Shown: positions 46,196-56,770 of the stretch, piece after piece
How positions within the stretch are numbered: the first letter of the stretch is position 1
Layout: every line of letters begins with the position of its first letter
Assembly: GCA_012862495.1 (NCBI GenBank)
Contig: BLSG01000089.1
Span: 69,560-133,559 of the forward strand
Reading direction: 5' to 3'
Length of the DNA: 64,000 nucleotides
DNA from: Thraustochytrium aureum
Lineage: Eukaryota
Notes under the pieces: model-generated
The model's database searches: none
Seen by the model: the letters and a program-made list of their open reading frames with translations, nothing else
Told to the model about the DNA's origin: nothing
Position numbers and translations under genes: made by a program

Positions 46196-46568
46196 TACTC
46201 TGCAAGCGGAGAGCTCGCTTGCGCTTATCGCAGGTAGTTGGCGTGCACGCAGCCTCGGGCCGCACATCTCCGAACGATGGGCTCCGAAAGGAGCCAGGCA
46301 CCATTAAAAAATGATCCTTTCCTCGAGCTAGCTCTACCAACGTGTAGTTGCCGCCGGAACGCGCCGGAGTCCGAACGCTGAATGGGTCCCGCCGGCGGCG
46401 CGGTGTGCAAAGCCACGACCAGCGGCAAAATGCTAGGCAACACACAGGCGCCGCCCCCGCCCCTCCGTGGAGTCGAATACAGGTTACGAACAGTGGACAA
46501 AGCGCACGGCGTCGCCCCAAAACCGAGGCATAGTAGAGCAGCCAATGTAAGTACGAGCAAGTACTACC

Positions 46569-47794
46569 TCAAAATATCGACGCGTACACGGTCGCGAAGA
46601 CGCCAATTGTGAGAAAGAGAACCGCAACCGAGAGCGTAATCGTTTTCTCCGGAAGCGCCCTTGCATTGCGCGTCGCGATTAAGACAGACACAATGTCGCA
46701 GGGCAGCACGACAGCGAGAGGGAGCCGAACTGAGGCCGGGTTGACCTCGCCAATCACAAAGAAGACGGCCGCCAACGAAAGGGTCATGAGACCTGAAATC
46801 AGGCCACTCGCGCCGGTGGCGCTCAGCACACTCCACCCGTACGTGAGAATGAAAAATACCGCAAACGCATTGCCTCCACCAAAGCCCAAGAGCCCGCCGA
46901 ACATGGCCGTGAGCACAACGAAGATAGGGGAAACAATCAAGCGCACGGACAGGCCGCACGCAACAACCCGGTTGCAAATCGCTGGGCCTACATTTTGCGG
47001 CGGAGCATTTGCGNNNNNNNNNNNNNNNNNNNNNNNNNNNNNNNNNNNNNNNNNNNNNNNNNNNNNNNNNNNNNNNNNNNNNNNNNNNNNNNNNNNNNNN
47101 NNNNNNNNNNNNNNNNNNNNNNNNNNNNNNNNNNNNNNNNNNNNNNNNNNNNNNNNNNNNNNNNNNNNNNNNNNNNNNNNNNNNNNNNNNNNNNNNNNNN
47201 NNNNNNNNNNNNNNNNTTTTGCGGCGGAGCATTTGCGTGGCCCAGGGCCTCTGGGGTGCCAGACCTCTGTGGGTGGATGGCGGCTTCCTCGGTGCGCTCC
47301 AGGTCTGGGTTTGCGTTGACGCCGACTATGGCCAGAGCCGGGAGGCTGAGCTCGGCGTCCACGTAGACGTCTCGCGAGGAGCGCAGCTTGTAGTACTTGA
47401 CGGTGAAGCCGATGGCCATCGCGAAGTCGACTGCTGCAACGATGTACTTGATCTCGCCTTCGCGCTCGGACAAGAAACGCGCGCCAATAAGCACCGCGGT
47501 TGCACTGGCCACTGTGCCAGCCAGTATTGCCACGCAAGCAATGCGCACGAGGTGGGACGGATCCGAGAGCCTGTCCCGGTACCTTGCAAATATCAGCAGG
47601 CCGTTGAACGTGTCGAGGACGAGACAAATGAAGAGCGCGTCCAGCACGTGCATGCCAAGCGCGTTGGTCAGAACGGGCAGCAGAATCGTGAACGCGCTCA
47701 CCGCCAGCGCCGCGCTCGCGATACCGGTGAAGACAGCAAGCAGTCCAACCAGTCCCAGGAGCCAGGCTTCGCTCATCTCGGGATCCATCGCCAT
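46569..47794 (-). CDS. TauE/SafE (TSUP) family membrane transporter
   Basis: Two hydrophobic halves, including AMFGGLLGFGGGNAF and A.GASG motifs; collapsing the gap gives an in-frame 334-codon CDS. Confidence 0.7.
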
Positions 47795-47889
47795 GGCTTG
47801 CACCACTCAAACTCTTCACCAAGACCAAGCGCCCGCAAGATCTTCCACGCACAAGTCCCCCGCCCCAAAACCACGCCACAGAAAAAGCC

Positions 47890-48400
47890 CGCGAGCCAAG
47901 CCGGCCAAGTCCTGGCCGAGCGTGGCGCAGTTTCACCCCGATTCGCGTCACGGCTCCCAGATCCGCAACGAACAACCGCCGCAAAACTCGCGCCAGCACG
48001 ATGCCTCGGATCAGCGAGCCAAGCCGGCCGCGAGGCGTCCTGCACAGCGCTGAGAGCCGCGCCACAGCGCCACCACGCGTGGCGCAGTTTCACCCCGATT
48101 CGCGTCACGGCTCCAAAATCCCAAAATCCGCGACCAACCGCCGCAAAACTCGCGCCAGCACGATGCCACGAAACCCGCAAGCCAAGCCGACCACGGCACG
48201 CCCTCCACAGCGCTGAGAGCCGCGCCACAGCGCCACCACGCGTGGCGCAGTTTCACCCCGATTCGCGTCACGGCTCCAAAATCCCAAAATCCGCGACCAA
48301 CCGCCGCAAAACTCGCGCCAGCACGATGCCTCGGAATCAGCGAGCCAAGCCGGCCACGGCACGCCCTCCACGGCGCCCAGAGCCGCGCCACAGCGGCAGC
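47890..48400. repeat. Minisatellite, ~156-164 bp unit, about 3 copies
   Basis: CGTGGCGCAGTTTCACCCCGATTCGCGTCACGGCTCC recurs at 47921, 48077 and 48241. Confidence 0.95.
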
Positions 48401-49130
48401 CACGACGCCGCAGCCCTCGTCCGTTCTGACACTGACCCTGTCGCTGATGGCTGGCGAAGCACGGTAAAGTCAAGTACACACCCCGATACATGGAGAGGAA
48501 CGCGCGCGCACCTCTTGTGGGGAACGCATGCGCACTGTGAATTGGGCGAAACGCGGTGTGCGGCGGGTGCGGATCTCGAGAGTATGTCGGGATTCGGGAT
48601 GGGGACTCGGGAGTTCGCCAGGCCGGTGAGGCTGCTGTCGTTCGCCTCGCCGCCTCGTTGATTGGGGTTGACTTCACAAAGCCTTGCGACTTGATGCGGC
48701 TGCGAAGCTCACAGGCTGGCTCATTATCTGTTCTGGTTTTCGCTCGAGGGCCGACAGGCGCACGGCGTGCCGAGGAGTCGGATTCGCCCTGCGCCAACCT
48801 TGCGCCGACCGCTTTCACAGCGAGGTGCTCGCTCCACCATCACGATCGAGGATCCGTCCTTGCGGGCTCCCGAGCCGCCGGTCCCTTTCTCGCTGGTGAA
48901 TCGAGCGAGGAGGTGGATAGATACTGGTCTTGCTGATGCCGACGAGCTGGCGCGAGGCGTATCTGCAGGCGTAGCTGTCCCAGCAAGCGGAACGGTGTGC
49001 GCTCACCCTGCCTTTGAGCGTGTGGCTGTGCTTTGGAATCGGAAGCCGCGAGCAGCGGAGCAGCAGTTCCCCATTGACTCCTGGATCGTCGAGTTGTCGA
49101 GCTGCAGGCCCCGGAGGGCCAGCGAGCGAG

Positions 49131-50696
49131 ATGGCGGACACGGCGGCGAAAGCGAAGCCGAAAAAGGCCAAGTTGAAGGTGCACAGGATGAGCATGACGA
49201 GCCGGCTGTACGCGCACATGCTGCTTCGTGGAGACCACAAGATGGGCACCTGGGTGACCGGGTTTCTCTGGTTCAAGCAGCACGGCGGCGAGCCCATGGT
49301 GCGCAAGATCGTCGAAGAACGCCTCCTCGAGATCCCGCGGTTTCGCTCGCGGCTCGAAGTCAAGGGCAGCCGGGAGCGGTTCGTGGAGCTGCCGCGAGAG
49401 GAGATCGACCTCTCGTACCACATCAAGATCGTCAACGAGCAACACACGGCGCAGCAGGTGCAGGACGACTGGGTGGGCAACATTTACAAGAACTTTGACG
49501 TCGATTTCAGCAAGCCGCTGTGGCAGTTCACGTTCTTCCCCAACATGGCCGACGGGCGAGCCCTACTCCTCACCAACATCGCCCACTGCGTAGGCGACGG
49601 CGTGTCCCAGGTGGAGGTCCTTTTCCGCCTCCTGGACAAGCAAGACCAGAAGCCCGAACTGCATCCGAAGTTTGGCATCGAGCGCAACGACAGCGAACGG
49701 CCCAGCCCGCAAGCGGGCCAAGCCGGGAGCGAAGACGCCGCGGAGGACCCCACCAAGCTCGCTACGGAGAACGCCCCGGCGATTGCGAACGCCGACGCTG
49801 CGCTGCGACCGCCGCCAAAGCGCAAGACCAAGCCCACGTTTGGCCCTCTCAACAAGGCCCGCATCGCGATGGGCGGCGTGGCCGGCGCGCTGACCGCCGT
49901 GTTCGGGACGCCCGACACGGCCAACGCCCTCATGCGCGCCGATATCCGCAAGCCCTCCGTGGAGAAGAGCACCGCGTTCACGGCGACCGTGCCGCTGGAC
50001 AAGGTGAAGGAGCTCAAGCAAAAGTACTTTGGGGCCACCGTGAACGACATCTTGGTGGCAACGCTCACCATGACTCTGCACTCTTACCTCAAGTCGACCG
50101 AGGGAAACGAGCGTGTTTTGAGCGGCAAGGGCAAACTCCGCGCAGGCTTCCCGATCAACACGCGCAAGGCCGGGAGCGACCCGTTCCGCGACGGGTCGCC
50201 GCACAACGAGCTCGCCCTCGGCACGGTGCGATTCCCGCTAAAGTACGCTTCGCGAACGGCGCTCGTGTACAAGGTCAAGCGAAGGCTGGACAAGATCAAG
50301 TTGAGCCCCGAGCCGTTCGTGCAGCAGCGGCTCGGAAACGCGCTGATCAGTATGCTGCCCAAGAAGATGGCCGGCGACATTTTCCAAAAGTTCAGCGACC
50401 AGACCACGGGGATGCTCTCCAACGTCGCCAGCGCCCAGCGGCCCGTGCACCTCGCGGGCTACGAGGTGGATGATATGCAGTTCCTCATCTACGGCTCAAT
50501 GGGGCTCTACCTGGGGTTGCTCAGCTACAACGGGAGCGTGTCGTGTGGGATCTGCCTTGACAAAGCGCTTGGCGATGCCGCCGAGCTCGCCAAGCACTGG
50601 AAGGTTGAGTTTGACAAGCTATATGAGGAGACGATGGCCATCGAAGGCATGGTGCCGCGCCCTTCCAAGGTCGCCACTTTCCTGGACGCGCTCTGA
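49131..50696 (+). CDS. Wax ester synthase / acyl-CoA:diacylglycerol acyltransferase (WS/DGAT, WSD)
   Basis: PRFRSRL, DFSKPLWQF, AHCVGDG (HHxxxDG position), GATVNDIL, SNV, LLSYNGSV. Confidence 0.92.
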   Translation: MADTAAKAKPKKAKLKVHRMSMTSRLYAHMLLRGDHKMGTWVTGFLWFKQHGGEPMVRKIVEERLLEIPRFRSRLEVKGSRERFVELPREEIDLSYHIKIVNEQHTAQQVQDDWVGNIYKNFDVDFSKPLWQFTFFPNMADGRALLLTNIAHCVGDGVSQVEVLFRLLDKQDQKPELHPKFGIERNDSERPSPQAGQAGSEDAAEDPTKLATENAPAIANADAALRPPPKRKTKPTFGPLNKARIAMGGVAGALTAVFGTPDTANALMRADIRKPSVEKSTAFTATVPLDKVKELKQKYFGATVNDILVATLTMTLHSYLKSTEGNERVLSGKGKLRAGFPINTRKAGSDPFRDGSPHNELALGTVRFPLKYASRTALVYKVKRRLDKIKLSPEPFVQQRLGNALISMLPKKMAGDIFQKFSDQTTGMLSNVASAQRPVHLAGYEVDDMQFLIYGSMGLYLGLLSYNGSVSCGICLDKALGDAAELAKHWKVEFDKLYEETMAIEGMVPRPSKVATFLDAL

Positions 50697-50904
50697 GGGA
50701 CGCGCGAGCCGCGCTGGCGCGGCGCGCCACGTCCAGTCTGTATCCGTATTTGCGCGTCGAGTAGGTAGTATGCGGCCAAGCCATACATAATCAGTTCGTT
50801 CCGTTCAGGCCAGCCCGCGCAAGCCGTCCTTGCCATCATCGCGGACGCTCCAGTTGTTGTGGCGCGCCGGACCACGGAGAGTTGAAGCCCCCACCGCGTT
50901 CATT

Positions 50905-51028
50905 GGCAAGCAAACGTCGAGCACCAACCGATCAGTCAAGCGCAGGCAAGCAAACGTCGAGCACCAACCGATCAGTCAAGCGCAGGCAAGCAAACGTCGA
51001 GCACCAACCGATCAGTCAAGCGCAGGCA
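50905..51028. repeat. 40-bp perfect tandem repeat x3
   Basis: GGCAAGCAAACGTCGAGCACCAACCGATCAGTCAAGCGCA at 50905, 50945 and 50985. Confidence 0.97.
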
Positions 51029-51323
51029 GCATGCGCAGCGCGGCCCATTAACATTCCATTCATCCATGCAATCGCCATTGGCGCCACCGTTAGAAAACAG
51101 CGGCGGCGGCCCAGTCGCCCCGCTCCCTCAAAAAGTGGAACCTCCACCGCCCCCCTCATCAGCGCCTCGGGAGACCGCCCTCCAACACCAAGCTGCGGCA
51201 TCGCTCTTTTGGCACTTTTACGGCGCAAAGGACCACAAAGTGGAGCCCATTCTCCGGATGGCGCCGATTTTGACGACCCGGGACTCGACCAGACCACGAT
51301 CGAAGCCGGTCAAGTGCGCGCGA

Positions 51324-51395
51324 GGGCAGGCAGGCAGGCAGGCAGGCAGGCAGGTGTCGTGCGTGCGTGAGAGCGAGCGAGCGAGCGAGCGAGCG
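51324..51395. repeat. (GGCA)n and (GAGC)n microsatellites upstream of CDC27
   Basis: Directly visible. Confidence 0.9.
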
Positions 51396-51568
51396 TAGGC
51401 GTTTGAGCTCGTGCATGTGCGCGTGGCGGCGCGCGCGTTCAGAGGGCGTGCGAAGGTGCCGCGGTTCGCTCACGCGCCAAGGGCGTCGAAGGCCTCGCGA
51501 AACCGGCCTGGCCCGAACCGCTCTCGCGGGCGCCGCTCGTTGACAGGCGCTGGTGGACGCGCGGGGTT

Positions 51569-54068
51569 ATGACGCTGGTGGCGGCGCCGCCCTTGGGGAG
51601 GGCGGCGGCGGGCGGGATGGGCAAGGCGTGGCGGGACGCGACCGAGGAGACGCTCAGGACGCTCGTGGAGCGGTACCTGGGCCTCGGCCTGCAGAAAAAC
51701 GCGGCGTTTCTTGCCGAGCGGCTGTATGCCATTGACGCACGGCCAGGCAACCTGTTCCTTCTGGCGACCTGCTACGTGCGCTTGGGCGAGCCGCACCGGG
51801 CGTACAAGGTGCTCGCCAAGGACATGGAGGTCCAGGTCGACGGCGTTCACGCCGACGAGGCCGCGGCCGCGACCAACGCGCAGTTGCGCTACCTTATGGC
51901 GCAGTGCTGCTGTGCCCTTGGCAAGCTGCGCGAGGCCGAGGCCGCCCTGCTGCACGGGACGAGCCTCGGCGTTCACGGGCCCCAAAAGTGCATCGAGCAA
52001 GTTCTCAACGATTGCAGAGTCCCGAACGGAGCTGCTGGCCTCTACTTGCTGGGGCAGATCTGCGCGCGGGACAACCGCCGCGACCACGCCATCACCTACT
52101 TTGCGCTCGCCCTGAAGCTCGACCCCTTCCTTTGGGACGCGTACGAACAGCTCTGCCACCTGGGCGTCGAGATCGCGCCGACCGCATTTTTTGGCACGCC
52201 GCTTGACCAAGGCGTGCTCGCTCTGCGCGCGGACGGCACGCTCCAAGTAGATCAGGCCGCCGCCGCCGCGTATGCGCAGGGGCGGCCGCGGCAGCCCGAG
52301 CAGCACAGCGACCTCCTGAACGAAGACGACGACGACATGGAAAACGCAGGCGCAATGCAGCAAGACCAAGACCTCGTGCTTAAGACCTCTCCAGCACCAG
52401 TCCCGGTCCCCGTCCCTCTCATGGCGCAGAATGGCCTTCTAGCGGAGGCCGCGCCAGCGTTTCGGTACGTCGGCGGTCTGCAAGCGTCATCCGCGGAAGC
52501 GCGAGGCTCGCGCCAGCGACGGGGCTCCAAGGACGAGAGGGCTGGTGGTGTGGCGATTCCCACCGGATTCGCGCTTACCTCGAGCGCCAAGTTCGAGTGG
52601 CCTTTCCCGAGGAAGGCAACGATGGAGGCCGCCGAGTTCGTCAGCATGGACGTCGCAGAGCAGGCCCGCGTCCTCGGCGCCGTGGACCTCGGCTCTTACG
52701 GGGCGGAGCCCGGCTCGGGCTCGGCCGGCGCGACAGCAGAGGTCGTCGACGGTTCGCAGNNNNNNNNNNNNNNNNNNNNNNNNNNNNNNNNNNNNNNNNN
52801 NNNNNNNNNNNNNNNNNNNNNNNNNNNNNNNNNNNNNNNNNNNNNNNNNNNNNNNNNNNNNNNNNNNNNNNNNNNNNNNNNNNNNNNNNNNNNNNNNNNN
52901 NNNNNNTGCGGGCGGAGACCACCTGAGCGACGAAGGCGGCGATGCGGCGGGCGAAGGCGCCGACCGCAGTGGCGCAGGGCTGTGGCGCAGCGGTCGGGTC
53001 GGCGGCGTCGTTGCCGGGGGTATGCGCCGAGGCGAGCTGACGCTGGACGCCGTTGTGGGGTCAATGTGCGTCCTGGACCTGCTGCGGCAGCTCGGGGAGG
53101 GCGTGCTGTTGCTGAGCCAATACAGGTGCTCTGAGGCCCTTGATGCGTTTGACGCGCTTCCCATGGAGCAGCAGGAGACGGGGTGGGTGGCGCACCAGAA
53201 AGGCAAGGCCTGCTTTGAGATGGCCGACTACCGGCGCGGCAAGACCGAGTTTAGCAAGATGCGCGAGTACGCGCCAGGCCGCACGGCAGGTCTCGAGGTG
53301 TACTCGACCAACCTGTGGCACCTCAAGGAGGAGGTCGAGCTGTGCTATCTAGCGCAGCACGCGCTCGAGCTGGACAAGCGCTCCCCCGAGTCCTGGTGCG
53401 CGATCGGCAACTGCTTCTCGCTGCAAAAGGAGCACGACGTGGCGATCAAGTTCTTTCAGCGCGCGCTGCAGATCAACCCGCTGTTCACCTATGCGTACAC
53501 GCTGAGCGGGCACGAGTACGTCTCGAACGAGGACTTTGAGAAGGCCGTGGCCTGTTACCGGCACGCGATCCGCACCGACGCGCGCCACTACAACGCCTGG
53601 TACGGCCTCGGTACGATCTACTACCGCCAGGAAAAGTACGACCTCGCCGAGTACCACTTTCGCCGCGCCATCTCGATCAATCCGCGTTCCTCCGTGCTCT
53701 ACTGCTACCTGGGCATGGTGCTGCACGCGAGCCAAAAGTGCGAAGAGTCGCTCAACGTGCTGCAGCGAGCCAGCGACCTCGAGCCCTCAAACCCGCAAGC
53801 AAAGTTTCAGCGTGCGCTCGTCCTCCGCACCATGGAGTGCTACGAGGCGGCGCTCGAGGAGCTCGAGTGCGTCAAAAACTTTGCGCCGCGCGAGTCGAGC
53901 GTGCACTTTCTCATCGGCAAGATCTGCAAGCAGCTCGGTCGCAAGGAGGAGGCCATGCTGGCCTTCACCACCGCGCTCGACCTTGACCCGAAGGACTCTA
54001 ACATGATCAAGCTCGCCATTGACAAGCTCGACAATCCCAACGATATCGACGACCCTGACGGCCTGTGA
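51569..54068 (+). CDS. CDC27: Anaphase-promoting complex subunit CDC27/APC3; gap 52760-52906
   Basis: NAAFLAERLYA, LKLDPFLWDAYEQLC, GLEVYSTNLWHLK, SPESWCAIGNCFSLQKEHD, YAYTLSGHE, RHYNAWYGLG, ALDLDPK. Confidence 0.96.
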
Positions 54069-54239
54069 GAGGTCGCGTGGACGATCGACTGGGCCTTCGC
54101 GCGCCGAGACGGAGGGGACAGCGCGTGTTGGTGCCGCCGCCACTTTATTCGTTTCGAGACGCGCCGGCAGCCGGGGAACGCTGGAAATCTGCAAGTATAT
54201 TGGCGCGCTCCCGCAGCTCTGGGGCCGTACGCCGCGACG

Positions 54240-54400
54240 CGTGTTTGTTGGATTGGGGAAACCATTTTTAACAAATCTCTTTGTGCAGTGGCAGTCGCTG
54301 TCGATCAACGTGTGCTCTGGAGCGGCGCGCCTCGTCGCGTGGTAGCTTGGATTAGGGAAACCATTTTCAAAAACTCGCTTTGTGCATTGACAGTCGCGGT
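54240..54400. repeat. Degenerate ~100-bp tandem duplication between CDC27 and the TOM5-like gene
   Basis: GGATT(G/A)GGGAAACCATTTT...CTTTGTGCA.TG.CAGTCGC occurs at ~54250 and ~54349. Confidence 0.8.
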
Positions 54401-54627
54401 TACTCCACGTGCATCAGGTCGCGTTCGACTAAGTAGTTGCCTGTGGAAAAGGATCAAGAAGGGTGGGCGTAAGACGAAGAAAAAGGAAAAAAACGCACGG
54501 AAAGTTGGCCGGCGACCCAGGCCAGCGTCGCTGTCGAAAAGGCACCCCGACGCGCAAGCGGCGAAATCCGCGCGCCAGAACTTGGAGCTTGTGGCTGCGT
54601 CAACCCCGTGCAGGCCCCCAGCCCGTT

Positions 54628-54877
54628 TCACTTGCTCCCGCCGACCACGGACGCCACCGCGTCGACCACGAACGGCGCCACCCTAATCACGGCAAAGTAC
54701 CTGCGCCCCAGCCCCGTCAGCGCGACGCACGCACCGTGTGCCCGCAGCCCGCGGCCCAGCAACCTCTACAGCAAGCCCAAGCAAGCGAAGCAAACCAACT
54801 TACACCGCCATGTACGTCGCCTTGGTCTTCAGGTCCTGCGTGAACGCCTCGACGTCGATCTGCGGCTGCATCATCAT
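54628..54877 (-). CDS. TOM5: TOM5-like mitochondrial import receptor subunit (48 aa); exons 54877-54804 and 54700-54628
   Basis: Intron GTAAGT...GCTGAC...GCAG (54803-54701); spliced peptide MMMQPQIDVEAFTQDLKTKATYMAVYFAVIRVAPFVVDAVASVVGGSK, whose YFAVIRVAPF resembles the Tom5 TM motif YxALLRxTPF. Confidence 0.7.
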
Positions 54878-56770
54878 TCTTCCCCGGAGCAAGCGGCTCG
54901 GCCGGCGATCGAGTGCAACGCTGTCCTGCAAGAGCGAGCAGAGCCCAGCAAAGTAAGTGCCCGAGTAAGCACAGACAAACGCAGGCGCAGCGCAGCTCCA
55001 ACTCGTCCTCCTGGCAGGCGCGACTCTGCCTCGCGTCCGTCTCTCGCGCCACTCGCTGCCCTGCATTAATCGATCCACGCCCCTCAAAATCGATTGAACC
55101 CGTTTCCGGATCAGTTAGGGTAGACCGCCCAACTACGCGCACAGCCGCGCAGGATGGGTTAGGGTTCCACCGCGGATTCCACTGGAGCCGCGGCACCTCG
55201 CCGAACGCGCACCACCGCGGGCTCGAAGCGTATTCCGCAGCAGTTAGGGCAGCGGCTGCGTAAAGGAGAGTAAGCACGCGCTTTCGGTTAGGGCGGCGAA
55301 GGAGATTCCGCGGCGGCGATTCCGCCCTTCGATTCCGTGTTCGCGCGCGTGATGAAGCTGAGGTGCAATGTCACGAATCATGACAGTTCANNNNNNNNNN
55401 NNNNNNNNNNNNNNNNNNNNNNNNNNNNNNNNNNNNNNNNNNNNNNNNNNNNNNNNNNNNNNNNNNNNNNNNNNNNNNNNNNNNNNNNNNNNNNNNNNNN
55501 NNNNNNNNNNNNNNNNNNNNNNNNNNNNNNNNNNNNNNNNNNNNNNNNNNNNNNNNNNNNNNNNNNNNNNNNNNNNNNNNNNNNNNNNNNNNNNNNNNNN
55601 NNNNNNNNNNNNNNNNNNNNNNNNNNNNNNNNNNNNNNNNNNNNNNNNNNNNNNNNNNNNNNNNNNNNNNNNNNNNNNNNNNNNNNNNNNNNNNNNNNNN
55701 NNNNNNNNNNNNNNNNNNNNNNNNNNNNNNNNNNNNNNNNNNNNNNNNNNNNNNNNNNNNNNNNNNNNNNNNNNNNNNNNNNNNNNNNNNNNNNNNNNNN
55801 NNNNNNNNNNNNNNNNNNNNNNNNNNNNNNNNNNNNNNNNNNNNNNNNNNNNNNNNNNNNNNNNNNNNNNNNNNNNNNNNNNNNNNNNNNNNNNNNNNNN
55901 NNNNNNNNNNNNNNNNNNNNNNNNNNNNNNNNNNNNNNNNNNNNNNNNNNNNNNNNNNNNNNNNNNNNNNNNNNNNNNNNNNNNNNNNNNNNNNNNNNNN
56001 NNNNNNNNNNNNNNNNNNNNNNNNNNNNNNNNNNNNNNNNNNNNNNNNNNNNNNNNNNNNNNNNNNNNNNNNNNNNNNNNNNNNNNNNNNNNNNNNNNNN
56101 NNNNNNNNNNNNNNNNNNNNNNNNNNNNNNNNNNNNNNNNNNNNNNNNNNNNNNNNNNNNNNNNNNNNNNNNNNNNNNNNNNNNNNNNNNNNNNNNNNNN
56201 NNNNNNNNNNNNNNNNNNNNNNNNNNNNNNNNNNNNNNNNNNNNNNNNNNNNNNNNNNNNNNNNNNNNNNNNNNNNNNNNNNNNNNNNNNNNNNNNNNNN
56301 NNNNNNNNNNNNNNNNNNNNNNNNNNNNNNNNNNNNNNNNNNNNNNNNGCACAGCGCGCTCGCCCGCCACCCCTGAGCACTGGGCGCTCGCAAGCACACA
56401 GTTCTGTGACGGCGCGCCGGCGAAAGTACACTGGTCCCTTTCTGAGACCACGTCGGCCGCGCCCGAGGGCCCTGCCCGCCCCCCAACTGTCAGAGACTGG
56501 CCTCCACACTGCTGAGGAGTAGCTGGTCTCTGGGGGGGCGGCGCGGGCACGCTGTTGATTGCGAAGCTGCGCTATGTGCTCCGAGGTTGCGCTGTTGAGC
56601 GCGCGCCGGAGCCCTCCCCGCCAAAAGAACGAGACCAACTGCCCAACGCGGGTCGCAACAGGGCCGCGCAACAGCATGGCGTCTCATTGTTCTGGCCTAA
56701 TTAGAAAGCATATACACGGCACACGACGCGCTATTGCTCGGCCCCACTCGTGTGGCGCTCCCCAACGCCT

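Noticed and set aside
50905..51028. 40-bp repeats as a CRISPR array
   Set aside because: The copies are head-to-tail with no spacers, there are no cas genes, and the context is eukaryotic.
55270..55345. Possible tRNA-like sequence (TTCGATTCC)
   Set aside because: I could not build an acceptor, D or anticodon stem around it.
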